Source of the DNA: Octopus vulgaris
Taxonomy: Eukaryota
Direction: 5' to 3'
DNA: 64,000 nt
Assembly: GCA_951406725.2 (NCBI GenBank)
Contig: OX597815.1
Span: forward strand, 29,698,001 to 29,762,000
The translations under genes were made by a program, and so were the position numbers. The notes beneath the pieces were generated by a model, which made no database searches, had not been told where the DNA came from, and saw nothing but the letters and a program-made list of their open reading frames with translations. This document shows, in pieces, positions 1 to 12,882 of the stretch. Within the stretch, counting starts at the first letter, position 1. Each line of letters starts with the position of its first letter.

Positions 1-53
1 AGTTTGATAATTGTTGATGGCGTCCTTAACACGAAACCAATGGTAGCCTTAAT
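1..53 (-). CDS. Candidate coding exon of the minus-strand membrane-protein gene (IKATIGFVLRTPSTIIK..., runs off window)
   Basis: Acceptor ctttatttgtag at 54-55; only the phase-0 frame is open, matching the phase-0 donor at 3694. Confidence 0.4.
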   Translation of the reverse strand, partial: MKATIGFVLRTPSTIIK

Positions 54-607
54 CTACAAATAAAGTACACACATACACATGTATATATATATATATATAT
101 ATGATGTATGCATGTTACAATAACTCTACTACAGTACAATTTTTAATATTTTCTAGGTTAATTAAGAACTGGTTAGGAGAAATGAGGAAGAATATAATAC
201 ATGCAAAATAGACGATGTTTGATAAAAAATAAATGTTATTCGGTCATTTACTTTATTTATCTATTCTTGGACGGTAGGTTGAAACTTAGGGGAGAATTAG
301 TCACTGCTATGTCTAGCAGGTTGAGTGACTTTGTAAACTTTCTTGCTGGTTCGAGGTGATAGAAAGGTAAGGAAACGATAGTAAAAGAAAGAGTAGAGAG
401 AAAAAGACGGATAAGAAGAAAAACAGTTGGTAAGGGAAGAAGTGGAGGGGTTAATGATATATCGCATTTTTATATTCAAGTTGATTAATTTGTTTTATAA
501 TTTTCTTAGTTCAGTCAAGTAAAAAGGAGACTGCGTTAAAATTTTATTGTTTTATTTTCTGAAGGTGAAAGAATGAGGAAAAGGTAAAATAAAATTGCAT
601 CGTTTTC

Positions 608-737
<130 letters not shown>

Positions 738-931
738 CGTTGGGCGGGAAGAAGACAATGAGAGTGGTAAAAAGAAGAGAGTTTAAATTGAAATAAAATA
801 GGTGTGTGGCATGGCTGTATGTACCATGCTATCGCTAATCGTTTTAGATATTTATGTAATCGTGAGCAGATATAGACACCATTCTTGGTTATCTCATCAT
901 TCAGTTAGCGGACCATCGAGTTTACGACAAC

Positions 932-984
<53 letters not shown>

Positions 985-1391
985 AGAGAGAAAGAGGTGG
1001 GTTCCACATTAGCACTCAGTATGTGCTCCTGTCAGCTTACTAGAATAGAACACGAAATAAAGCGCGTGAATCAAAAACACAATGCACCGCCCAATCCAGG
1101 ATTCGAACATACGACTTACTAATCATAAGTCAAACACCCTAACCTCTAGGCTTAACTAGATATGAATCATACTTCTTTCCTACTTTACTCTTGCTCTCTC
1201 CTCTTTTTCTGAAAACGAAACAATACAATTTTATTACTTTTACGTTTTGAAAATGAACTTCTACAATTGTTTTTAATTAATTATATTAACTTTGATTAAT
1301 TTATTTTAATGTCATAATTGAACGAACGATTTACACTTCAAAAATGTTTGCATTTTTATATATTTCTAAAATAAGTCTGGTTTCTGAATAG

Positions 1392-1558
1392 AGGCGCAGG
1401 CGTGGTTGTGCGGTTAAGAAGCTCGCTTCGCAATCATGTAGTTTCGGGTTCAGTCTCACTGCTCGGGCACCTTGGGCAAGTGCCTTCTACTATGGTCCCG
1501 GAGCGACTAATGTCTTATGAGTGAATTTGGTAGACGGAAACTGTATGGAAGCCCGTCG

Positions 1559-1560
<2 letters not shown>
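1392..1560 (+). mobile_element. tRNA-derived SINE family A, 5' part
   Basis: A/B-box-like head (tggttgtgcggt...ggttcagtct) then ccttgggcaagtg; matches other copies in window. Confidence 0.8.
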
Positions 1561-1629
<69 letters not shown>

Positions 1630-2410
1630 GTCCCGACCCTACCATCACCTAACTGGAACGCATACTCTTCCACTTTTTGTGGGAGGAAAACGTTCCGATG
1701 TTTAGGCGATCCATTTGCTGTCAACACCCGCTAAATGGAGGGCTGGCATGCTGTGGTTGATGATGCGCAGACATGCGCTGAGACTGCGACATCTCCGGCG
1801 CGTCATAGACGACGGTGAACGGGTGTGGTCACCGTTTGTGAGGCGCTCTTTCCCGCAGCTCGTCTCTTTGGTCGAACTACAGTCATGTATCAAACAGAGA
1901 CTGAAGCTAGGCGAATGGCACCGCGAGTGCCGCCTTGCTCTTAAGCAACTCTGCTGTCCGGGACCAAACTTGTGCGACTTCAATCATGAAGGTGTTCTAT
2001 AAAGGAATAATGGAGGGGGTGTGTGATGATGTTCTTGGGGAGAATCTGGGCGTCGACGGGGAACATCTGACCCGCCTCTTCAGGACAACTTTCGAGCCGG
2101 GACCTATGGAAAATCACCAGAGATCCTTGGCCTGGTAGTGCTATCGAGTAGCATTGCCTGTTCAGGATAAGCCCTAGATGCACAGTTCGAGATGCACCGG
2201 ACCGACTTGCCCGAGATGCGGTCAGAGCGACGAAACCGTTCTGCACGCTTTCGTGCAGTGTCCAACAATTTCAGACTTGTTGGCTTAGGTCGAACGGCTG
2301 CTGCACGTGGACGAATTCAGCTATTGGCCGAGTCTATCTTGAATACTGCCCGCCACTTTCTTTTAACCGGGAAGGGAAATCAGTTTTCATTGTACTGGGG
2401 GCTATGGTGA
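1630..2410 (+). mobile_element. L1/Tx1-clade LINE ORF2 3' fragment (decayed)
   Basis: Frameshifted post-RT region (GMLWLMMRRHALRLRHLRR, QRSLAW) and Cys/His finger TCPRCGQSDETVLHAFVQC. Confidence 0.8.
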
Positions 2411-3693
2411 AAGAATGTGTGTAAGTAGACTCGAGCGAAAGGTTTAGAGACAAGTACTTTTCTCTCTGGCCAATCGCTCATCAAGTTTTTCAAGTTCCAC
2501 TTGAAAAAGAAGGTGAGAATAGAGAGGCAAATTTCATCACATAAAAGTTTCAATAAAAGTGTGGGTGGATGTAGCAAAGATGGTACGTGCGAATGACGAA
2601 ACCACTTTAAGCATGATCCTGTAAATCCAAGAGAGAGAGAGGGAGAGAGAGAGAGAGAGAGAGAGATAGATAGAGAGAGAGAGAGAGAGGGAGAGAGAGC
2701 GATTTGATCTCATGTGTTTTTTTCTCTGCCTGTGGTTACCGTTGTCTTTTCCATAGGCTTTTCTTTCCACGGATAAACCTAATGTTTCACATTTTTACCA
2801 CGACTTATTTTGCTGTTTACACGTCCCTAAAAAGCCTCCGATCCCTTTTGATCATTTCTTTCTTTCTTTCTTTCATTCTTTCTTTCTTTCTTTCTTTCTT
2901 TCGAAGAGAAAAGAAAAGAAAAGAAAAGTTCTACATTGTGTTGTCCCATCTGTGTTCGGCACCGTGTGGCTAATAAATAAAGATACCTTTCCTTTCACCA
3001 TCACTGTCCTCACCAACGTTACCCCCTCCTTCACCACTACCTTTATAACCAAGTTGAAGGACCACCGAAGAACACTGGTATTCACGTAATGACTCTGGGG
3101 GAAAATACACTTCTTAATGTTACACTTAGTGAAGTGCACGGAACATCAACCGTTTTAATCTCAGTTGAACATATCCTTCTATTCAGAAATTCATAGGAAG
3201 ATTATGAATACTGCACCTCCTTCATCGAGTAAGATATTTAGAGAAACGCATGTTCTTGTATGTGACAGAGCGCGTGTTATTGCATTCAAGTGTGTATATG
3301 CATGTATATGTGAGTGTTTGTGTGTACTAAACACAAACACACACATATATAGTGAAGACTTTCATAAACTTGATAAGCATAAGCAGAAAAACTCTGTTAA
3401 TAACACGTATAGTTTAATGTAATTTAATTGTGTCAACGTTGATTGGAATAAAACCAGACAAAATCACTTAAAACGTGTATTGAAGAATTTCAAACTAAAT
3501 TGAAACTGAAATGAAAAGTGAGTAATTAATTATGCAATTATGCAAATATAAATAAATTAATTACAGATAGGATTGATCACATAGAAACGAAAAATATTGA
3601 TTGAATCTGGGGTTAATGTATACATTAACACCCAGAATTTGCCGTATGAGATAAATTGGAAGCTTAAAGGATAATGGTAGTTTGTGATTCTAC

Positions 3694-3771
3694 CTGAAGC
3701 TGTATATTTATTTCACTTTTCATTGCCAGGGGCTTGCTTTCGTTTAAGTAACCATCTTCTTCCGAATTTTT
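3694..3771 (-). CDS. Coding exon of the minus-strand membrane-protein gene (KNSEEDGYLNESKPLAMKSEINIQLQ)
   Basis: Strong acceptor ttttctttccatctgtttcag, donor cag|gtag, 78 nt, phase 0-0, joins exon 9342-9530 in frame. Confidence 0.6.
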
Positions 3772-3914
3772 CTGAAACAGATGGAAAGAAAAAAATTAAA
3801 GAATTCATAGCATAAATCATATAGTGTTAAGAATGATATATATTCTTTTGTCATTAAATCCTCTGTGACCAACACAACCAAAAGTAATCCTAAAATAATT
3901 TTTCTTTATCTTAC

Positions 3915-4076
3915 TGGTTTCAATCATTAAACAGTGGTCATGTTGGGGTATCACATTCAAGAGTTTCAGTTGATTATATCTACCATAATCTTTCATCTGG
4001 TCCCTACTTTCACCAATCTCTGACCAACATGAACGCCAAAGACGCCCGTGAGTAGAGAGGAAAAATCGAGATAGAT
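3915..4076 (-). CDS. Candidate 162-nt exon (phase 1-1; [21 protein letters not shown]...HDHCLMIET)
   Basis: Acceptor cctacag, donor a|gtaag, one frame open throughout; phase does not match neighbouring exons. Confidence 0.3.
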
Positions 4077-4104
4077 CTGTAGGATCACAGTGTGTTTTTC
4101 TTTG

Positions 4105-4208
4105 ATCCATCCATCCATCCATCCATCCATCCATCCATCCATCCATCCATCCATCCATCCATCCATCCATCCATCCATCCATCCATCCATCCATCCATCC
4201 ATCCATCC

Positions 4209-4274
<66 letters not shown>
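4105..4274. repeat. (TCCA)n(TCTA)n microsatellite
   Basis: Direct reading. Confidence 0.95.
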
Positions 4275-5266
4275 ACACATGTACGCACATACATGCATAT
4301 GCATACATATAGTAACAACATGAGACACGAGTACATTTGAACTCACAGCCTATGAATAGATTGTTCAATGTCTTATCCATTAGACTATACGGTCAGTTCT
4401 GTAAATTAATGATTAGAAATAGCCTTTGTCTATAAGTGATGGATCCTGTAGACAACACTTCAATGTTGCAGTTTAGCCTTAGGTCAACCTGATTGAGCGG
4501 ACGACCTATGATCAAAGGCTTTCTAACCATAACCGTCTCTATCTAATATGCCCTTAATCTTTTATTTAAGACAGTAGGGTGATTTAGCTGCAAACTCCAG
4601 TAAATCAAGCCACGACGTTGAGGCTCTGTCGTTCGCAAGTGTATTGACAGCATTTACCTCGAGATCTCCCCAGAGACACTGACATGTATAATGTAGATTT
4701 AATTTCGAGACATGTGAATCGGTAGGCTAGTATCTCATTTACGAAATAATTATGCAACAGCACTGCTAATATAATATTATTGCGTAACCGGAGACGTTTG
4801 TACGACGCTCTTGGCAAATAATTTCTGATCATTAACTTCTGAGTTTTCCCTCAATGCAATTGAAGCTTGCTTGCAAGGTGAAAACAAATTCTTTCTTCCA
4901 TAGGATGAAGATATTGTGAATGAAATGAGATAATTCCCTCAACTAATCACACCAAATATGCAAATATATGCTGCTGCTTATTCCCCAGCCAACTGTGTTC
5001 GTGACAACCTATAATCAAACGCATTTCTGGCATAACTATTCTATCTGTCGTTTTAGAACTTGTCCTACTTTCCGTTTTTAAGTCTCTACGTTGCGATTTG
5101 ACGTTGATTTGAGCCTGATATTCCTTGTATATTAAACGACTATCTACATGTTTCCTTGTGGGTTCGTACAGTATATTTCTCTTGTGTGATACACATCTTA
5201 GAATAGAAGCAAAATGTTATCACATAGACACTACAGCACAGAGCCATTCAATATTTTACCTACCTA

Positions 5267-5679
5267 GGGCGGTGAGCTGGCAGAAACGTTAGCACGCCGG
5301 GCGAAATGCTTAGCAGTATTTCGTCTGCCGCTACGCTCTGAGTTCAAATTCCGCCGAGGTCGACTTTACCTTTCATCCTTTCGGGGTCGATAAATTTAGT
5401 ACCAGTTACACACTGGGGTCGATGTAATCGACTTAATCCGTTTGTCTCATTGTTTGTCCTCTCTGTGTTTAGCGCCTTGTGGTTAGTAAAGAAATAGGTA
5501 TTTCATCTGCCGTTACGTTCTGAGTTCAAATTCCGCCGAGGTCGACTTTGCCTTTCATCCTTTCGGGGTCCATTAAATAAGTACCAGTTACGCACTGGGG
5601 TCGATGTGATAGACTTAATCCGTTTGTCTGTCCTTGTTTTCCCCCTCTATGTTTAGTCCTCTGTTGGCAATAAAAAATA
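5267..5679 (+). mobile_element. SINE family B (Meta/Nin-like central domain), one head plus two tandem bodies, 17-bp TSD
   Basis: cctttcatcctttcggggtc...agtaccag domain twice; TSD aatattttacctaccta at 5250-5266 and 5680-5696. Confidence 0.85.
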
Positions 5680-5746
5680 AATATTTTACCTACCTACCTA
5701 CCTACCTACCTACCTATCTACTTCCCTAACTACATACTTACCTTCA

Positions 5747-5852
<106 letters not shown>

Positions 5853-5914
5853 CTCATCTATATACATGTACATATATTTATACTATGTCTATACATATGG
5901 GTTGTATGCGTTAG

Positions 5915-5956
5915 GTACAACACATGTTTCGAACCGTTCAGGGTCTCTTCAGGTGC
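5915..5956 (-). ncRNA. Degenerate type I hammerhead ribozyme motif
   Basis: Minus strand gcac CUGAAGA gacc-cugaac-gguuc GAAAC augu GUU guac; stem I has a mismatch. Confidence 0.5.
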
Positions 5957-6322
5957 ATCAATAAAAAGTCTCACTAGAGACTATGTGTCCATGAAATTCG
6001 AGAACGAGTAAAATCAGAGAAAAATTATTGAAACGCAAAAAGTTCAAATATGAACGTGGAAAGTATACATTCTAGTTTAGAGATTATGACATAATCAGCT
6101 TTCGCTGTTGTAACTATTAAGAGAAAGAAAAGGAAGTAGAAGTTGAAAGGAAGATAATACGAACATTTTTGGGGGTTCGTGCTTAGACGCATATATACAT
6201 ACACAGACACACACAGACACACACACACACACATACACACACACGTACATATACATACGCGCTCACATTCGCACATTCAAGTATATTGGCATATACATAC
6301 AACTACAAATACGCGCATACAA

Positions 6323-6380
<58 letters not shown>

Positions 6381-6596
6381 AGGATCTCGTATACACAGGT
6401 ACACACGTGTATATATATATACATATATATATAAGTATACGTACATAGCATAGATAATTATGTGCATAGATTCGTACGTAAACCAAAATACATGTCCGTG
6501 CAAAGCTTGACACACACACACACACGCATTAATACACTCGCATATACACGTATATATATATATATATATATATATAAAGTTAATCCAAACATAAAA

Positions 6597-6735
6597 ACAC
6601 AAAGAGAAAACACAACAATGCGAGGATGTGGAACAAGTACAGTGTTATTTGACGCTCAAGAAAGGAAAGAAGGAGGATTTAACGTTTCGAGCGGAGCTCT
6701 TCGTCAGAAACATAGGAGAAGGAAAGATCCAATGA
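6597..6735 (-). mobile_element. Penelope-like terminal-repeat fragment with minimal hammerhead (6677-6711)
   Basis: Minus strand guuu CUGACGA a-GAGC-ucc-GCUC GAAAC GUU aaau; second copy at 16940-17130. Confidence 0.6.
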
Positions 6736-6739
6736 AGGG

Positions 6740-7325
6740 TCTTTCTTAATCGTGATCTGAATCTTTCTATGAAAATCGAGTGTCATGTCAAACTCCTAGA
6801 ATCCTTTCATGTCCGCTGTCTCCAGCGCATTCTTCATCTGACTTGGAAGGATTAGAACTCACATACGGAAATCTCGAGACGAGCGAAATTGAACAGCATC
6901 GAATGTATGATCCTCGAACGTCAGATGCACTGGGTGTGGCATGTTATCAGGATGCTGGAAAACCAAGATTGTCCTTTTTGGGGAGTTAGCAGAGGATATC
7001 CGACTGCACGGAGGTCCAAAGAAACGATATAAAGATCATCGCAAGAAATCTCTGAAGCGCTGCTACATCTCCCCCTGGTGAAGTTGAAACACTGGCCACA
7101 GACCGTACTATCTGGAGGGGTAAGGTCAAAACTGGTACGCAGCATTTTGAGAATGAGCGAACTAAACTTCGCGAAGGAAAGAGGAGGCAGCTCAAGGAAC
7201 GTTAGCAAAATCCTAGACGAGCTCATCTTCGTCGGAGCTCTCTTTGCTGATCTCAGTGTAATCGGACATGTGCCTCCAGAATCGGCACCGACGGCACCGA
7301 TGGCAGCGACAACAGCGGCAACAAC
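6740..7325 (+). mobile_element. RTE-clade LINE 3' fragment
   Basis: Decayed LLESFHVRCLQRILHLTWKD...QMHWVWHVIRM; short-repeat tail. Confidence 0.75.
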
Positions 7326-7339
7326 AGCAGCAATATCAA

Positions 7340-7730
7340 GCTTGGAGCCAACGGAAGAAACACCAAAATGCCATAACCTAACCAGCACTCAAATTTGGAG
7401 ATACATCGGTTCAGTTGGAACTGCCTTTAAGTGACGCCTGTACAACCATAGGTCTTCTTTTAGGATTCCTGATATACGTTGCGTCACGTCCCTGACCAAC
7501 CACGTGTGACGCCTTAGAGATGAAGGAACTCCATACGAAATTAAATGGAGGCTTATAGAGCAACCGGGGCCCTATATAAACGTGAGCGGACGATGTAAGC
7601 TTTGCATAGCAGAGCGGTCAAGGATCCTTAAAGACTCGCTCGAATTGAAGACCCTTTAAGCTTCAGAAACAAGATCTATAGTCCTTGTCCGCATTTTAAA
7701 CACTACCTTCTGCAAGCGTGAGATTTCTCG
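7340..7730 (+). mobile_element. Penelope-like element GIY-YIG endonuclease remnant
   Basis: WRYIGSVGTAFK*RLYNHRSSF...YEIKWRLIE...RCKLCIAE...PCPH: YIG plus Cys/His motif, with stops. Confidence 0.75.
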
Positions 7731-7998
7731 TTCGTTGATTAGGGCTTTAAAAATATTTGCGGACTGGAACCAAACTAGGGAAAGAGATTCCCCGTTCGTC
7801 GATTAGGACAAGGAAAATTTGCTGACCGGACCGATCTAAGGGCGATAACCCGCACTGTTTAAGGTCCCAAACAATATATAAGGTGGCCATGTACCTATAA
7901 TTCAAAAGGGCCGACTTTGTTACAATTTGCGTCACGCTGAATTTCACTGAGAACTACGTTAAGAGTATACATGTCCGTGGAGTGCCAGTTTATATATA

Positions 7999-9222
7999 TT
8001 GCGTTATCCCCCCCAAAATAGGGATTTTTCAATTTTATGAAATAAAAGTCGGAGAGTGGCGGGATAAACTAGTTGCATCAATTTGCTATTAAAACAGGTA
8101 GTAATATTACCTTGGACTTATTCTTAGTGCAAGTTTTGAAGAGTGCAGTTCGATTTTAAGAGACATTTTTCAAAGCTATAATGGAAGCGACGAAGAAGCA
8201 TATTCGGCATATTTTTCTCTATGAGTTCAATAAAGGCAACAACGCAACGGGAAGTGCGAGGAATATTAATGCAGTATATGGGGATCGGACAATAAGCGTA
8301 AATCAGTGTCAACGGTGGTTCAGCCTAGAAGACGAGCCTTGACAAACCCTGGTAGAACAAAATACCATCATAATTGTTGAGGAAATGGCAGGGAAACTTG
8401 GATTGGGTCATTCAACCATTCATCGACACCTGCATGCCATCAGAAAAGTCAGCAAATTGGGTTAATGGGTTCCTTACAAACTTTCCAAGTCTAATCGCAC
8501 GCAGAGTGAATGTGTGCTCTTCTTTGCTGTCACGAGACGAATGAACATTTTTTGGACCAGATAGTGATTGGTGACAAGAAATGGGTTCTCTATAAAAATG
8601 TCAAGCACCGAAGACAATGGGTAGAGAAAGGAGAAACACCGGTATCCCAGGCTCAAGAAGGTCTTCACCCACGTAAAGTGTTGTTATCTGTTTGGTGGGT
8701 TATTAAAGGTTTAGTCCACTTTGAACTTTTAAACCCAAACCAAAGAATAACAAAACAGATCTACTGCGATCAGCTTGAGCGGCTTCAATAAGCGCTAGAA
8801 GAAAAACGACCATCTTTGGTTTCAAGACGAAAGGTGTTCTTCCATTAGGATAATGCTCGGTCACATACAGCGAGGACGACATTCTAAAGGCTGGAACAAT
8901 TTCAATGGGAAACGATGTCTCACCCACCATATTCACCAGACATTCCCCCTTCTGATTATCATTTATTCCATAGTCTTCAAAGTCATTTGGACGGAAAAAA
9001 TATGAATTCTGTAGATAAGATCAGAACAGTTCTGGAGGAGTATTTTTCATCACAGACAAGTGAATTTTGGAAGAGGGACCTTGCAAGTCTACCAGATAGA
9101 TGGAAGAGCATTGTAGAAAATGAAGGAGGGTATATTTTAGATTTAAAAATAACTTTGTTTATCTTAATTCTGAAAAATAATAGAAGTATAAACAAAACCG
9201 CATTATTTATGGGATGACCCAA
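7999..9222 (+). mobile_element. Full-length mariner (DD34D) DNA transposon, inactive
   Basis: TA-flanked TIRs (right aaaaccgcattatttatgggatgacccaa; left diverged), about 1.2 kb. Confidence 0.9.
8181..9143 (+). pseudogene. Mariner transposase pseudogene
   Basis: MEATKKHIRHIFLYEFNKG, IVIGDKKWV, DNARSH, HPPYSPDIPPSDYHLF; frameshifts, stops, deletion. Confidence 0.9.
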
Positions 9223-9341
9223 TACTTATATATATATAGATACTTAAATATTTACATATATGCAAACACGTACAATGTGAATAACTTCAAGAACAAGTTG
9301 TTCAGTTTTAAAGGGTTATCCAAAAGTAGAAAGGAACCTAC

Positions 9342-9530
9342 CTTTTTCCACTGCAGTTTACTTTTGTACTGTTGAGCTAGAATTATTGCAAAGATGCCCC
9401 CTAAAAATATTCCAAGGATAAAGGCACCAAAAAACCACGGAACATGTACTTCGCCTTCATTCTCAACATGATATTCAATCACTGGGCAAAACGTTTTCAC
9501 TAAATTAGAGAAATTTGTTACATTAATCAT
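9342..9530 (-). CDS. Probable first coding exon of a single-pass membrane protein, EVC/EVC2 (limbin)-family-like
   Basis: MINVTN...CPVIEYHVENEGEVHVPWFFGAFILGIFLGGIFAIILAQQYKSKLQWKK; TM helix plus basic tail, donor aag|gtagg; upstream acceptors at 9708 and 9723; resemblance to the EVC2 TM region is from memory. Confidence 0.6.
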
Positions 9531-9794
9531 CGTCTTTTTCGTTGTACCTGTTATCGTTGGTGTCGTTATTGTTGTTGTTGTTGTCGTTGTTATTGATGTT
9601 GTGGTTGTGTTGGTGGTGGTAGTGGTGGCAATGGAAACAATGGCGATGGTATTTGCTTTTGTTGCTTCTCTGCTTCTACGTTTTTGGTTTTTTTTTGCAG
9701 TTGTTGGCTAAGGGCTATGTTCCTAAAAATATATTCAATGTAAGGAAACGTCCGTGCAATTCATATATAGACACACATGAAAATACACACGCAA

Positions 9795-9849
<55 letters not shown>

Positions 9850-9947
9850 GATGTGTTTGATCTATGTTAAGAACGTGTGAGCAAGCATGGCATTGTACTT
9901 TTATCTTGTTAACTCTCGCAACAATTACCACGAGCTAACTAAAGTAA

Positions 9948-9948
9948 C

Positions 9949-10005
<57 letters not shown>

Positions 10006-10082
10006 TGTTGCTATTGATGTTGTTATTGATGTTGTTGTTGATATTGTTGTTGATGTTGTTGTTGTTGTTGTTGTTATTATTG
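9948..10082. repeat. (ATT)n/(GTT)n microsatellite
   Basis: Direct reading. Confidence 0.9.
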
Positions 10083-10874
10083 TTGCTGTTAAGAAAAAGT
10101 CCGCAGGAACCGATGAATATATTTCAATACTGTTCTATTCCAGAAAATTAACACTTCCATACAACGTGCGTAAAGTAACAAAATTAACAACACCAAACTA
10201 GCAGCAGTAGAATAAGATTAAGTAGTAGTAGCAGTAGCAGTAGTAATAGTAGTAGTATTAGTAGTAGTAGTGGTAGTAGTAGTAGTATAGTAGTAGTAAT
10301 TTAGTTAAATCCGGGCGGGATGGCTGGCTGCTGGTATCTACTATGTTTAGACAAATGTGTAGTTTTGACAATTTGGTCCCAGCTATATGAATTGTGATTC
10401 TCAAGAGTCCGTCAGATCCTGCCGAAAGTTTGAACTAGAAACCCTTCATAAATCTGGAATTGCTGGTTGCTTAGACATTAAGGACCCGACCAGTTAATAG
10501 CCAAGTTTTTTTTTTTCTCCGTTGTAATTTTAAAGGAAACACGAGGTTTAATATTTTAATACTGTTGTTTTATACTAGCCATGCTTGTAGTAGTAGTAGT
10601 AGTGTTAGTATCTATAGTAGTGAGTGTGGTAGTCGTAGCAGTAGCAGTAGCACTATTTGTATCATTGTCGTTAAGGTGAGGAGAAGGTTTTGAGAGAGCG
10701 AAATCCCGGATGCGTTGCTTGATTGATATGCAAACTTGTTTTTGAACAGGATTAAGTATGCGTATGCGTGTATGGATATAGATGTACGTGTATGTTTATA
10801 TGTGCGTATGTGCATGCATGCACGTATGTATGTGTGTGTGTGTGTTTGTGTGTGGGTGAATGGAAGCTATTTAG

Positions 10875-12882
10875 TGTAGATAGCTGAATGATGTTGTAGC
10901 TAAATAGACATATCAATAATGGACGAGAGCTAAGATTTATATGTATTTTATGTTAAGTACTTCTCTTATCATCGTGATGGCTGGACAGTATTTGAGAGAC
11001 CTGACAACACGGGATGCGTTTAGGTTTTGCAGTGAGGAGTTGATGATCCAATTCCTCAAATCTAGCTTCGAATTCTCCTTCGCTTTCTCCACTCCTTTTC
11101 CATTATCCACCTTTATTTCTTTTCTCTTTCTTTCTCACATCCACAGTACATATAAAGCACATACGCTTATTTAGACGTTGATAAAAGATACGTAAAGACA
11201 CAAATTTCATATATTGATTAACTCACTTCCGTTTAACAGCAATTCTGTTAACATCTTTTCTCTCTTTCATTTACTCTTTCATTTACTCTTCCTCTCGTTA
11301 TAGAGCCTCTACATGGTCGCCTGACTGAATAGAAATGACAGTCAAATATCTCTCAAATCTCACTTTACCGTCATAAAATGCACTTTACCCTCTTGCACAA
11401 TGGAGGGTCTGAGGGTGCATTACACCTGAAAAAAGGTAGGATGGTCACAAATGGAATCCGTTTGACCATAGGTCCAGAGCCAGCCTGGAACTAAATAACA
11501 ACAAGAATATCTTCCTAATTAAAAAAAGTCACGTACATGTACATACAGTTATACACAATGTACATATAAATGCAAAACCTGTCAGACATTGCCACTTAAA
11601 GCAAATTTCGTGGTTGGATAGACATTTGATAACAACATTTAGCACAAACTGCAATCAATTTAACATAACAATAAACCTAGCTGCTACTACTGTCGTTAGG
11701 TGAGGTGAGACAAGAAGATGTCAGGTGAGAAAAGAATAGAAGAGAAAGCGAGTGAGGTGAGAGGATGCCAGAGAAGAGCTTAGAGTTAAGACTGGGTTCA
11801 ACAAATAACTTCATGTTCAGACTTGTGTCCATAATATAGATTGTTCATAGAGATAGGCTTGATTGTGTGCTTTTAAAAATGTTATTTATGAGATTTCCTA
11901 TGAATATTTTAAGAGGAAAATGAGATCTGTATTTTCTATTATGTAAAAGGATGTTCTAGCACCGCGAAATGCTTTGATTCATATAATATTACATGTGAGT
12001 GGAGGCGCAATGGCCCAGTGGTTAGGGCAGCGGACTCGCGGTCGTAGGATCGCGGTTTCGATTCCCAGACCGGGCGTTGTGAGTGTTTATTGAGCGAAAA
12101 CACCTAAAGCTCCACGAGGCTCCGGCAGGGATGGTGGTGATCCCTGCTGTACTCTTTCACCACAACTTTCTCTCACTCTTACTTCCTGTTTCTGTTGTAC
12201 CTGTATTTGAAAGGGCCGGCCTTGTTACTCTCTGTGTCACGCTGAATATCCCCGAGAACTACGTTAAGGGTACACGTGTCTGTGGAGTGCTCAGCCACTT
12301 ACACGTTAATTTCACGAGCAGGCTGTTCCGTTGATCGGATCAACCGGAACCCTCGTCGTCGTAACCGACGGAGTGCTTCCATCATTACATGTGAGTATAT
12401 ACTTGAATAACGGAGATTTGAACCCAGCACTGCAAGCTAGAAAAATAATTTCAGTCATAAAGCATTACAATTACTTACAACAGTGAACCACGCTACCAAC
12501 TTACATCAATCAAGACGTTTGTGAGAACAGCCATTTGCAATTATGTATTGTCTTTGGATTTTTATGTCCAAGTGTTTCTGTTGTAAAGAGTGTGTGTGTG
12601 AACAGAAATACTACCTATTTATAGCTAAGTTGTCGAGACAATTGAAGGAAAAGAATGTGTATCTGATATCAGAAACACACACACACACATGCTAGATTTG
12701 AGGAATTGGATCATCAACTCCACACTGCAAAACTTAAACGCATCCCGTGTTGTCAGGTCTCTCAAATACTGTCCAACCATCACGATGATAAGAGAAATAC
12801 TTAACATAAAATACATATAAATCTTAGCTCTCGTCCATTATTGATATATCTATTTAGCTACTACATCATTCAGCTATCTACA
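10875..12882. repeat. 192-bp inverted repeat pair (10875-11066 / 12691-12882) enclosing 1.6 kb
   Basis: Arms are reverse complements with few mismatches; they give the twin ORFs MYFMLS...FLKSS. Confidence 0.9.
12001..12383 (+). mobile_element. tRNA-derived SINE family C, full length, 13-bp TSD
   Basis: A box tggcccagtgg, B box gtttcgattcc; TSD attacatgtgagt at 11988-12000 and 12384-12396. Confidence 0.9.

Noticed and set aside
4000-4060. Claudin GLWxxC-like motif (HGRLWRSC)
   Set aside because: No flanking transmembrane exons found; motif imperfect
12001-12075. tRNA gene
   Set aside because: tRNA-like head of a TSD-flanked SINE; acceptor stem not intact
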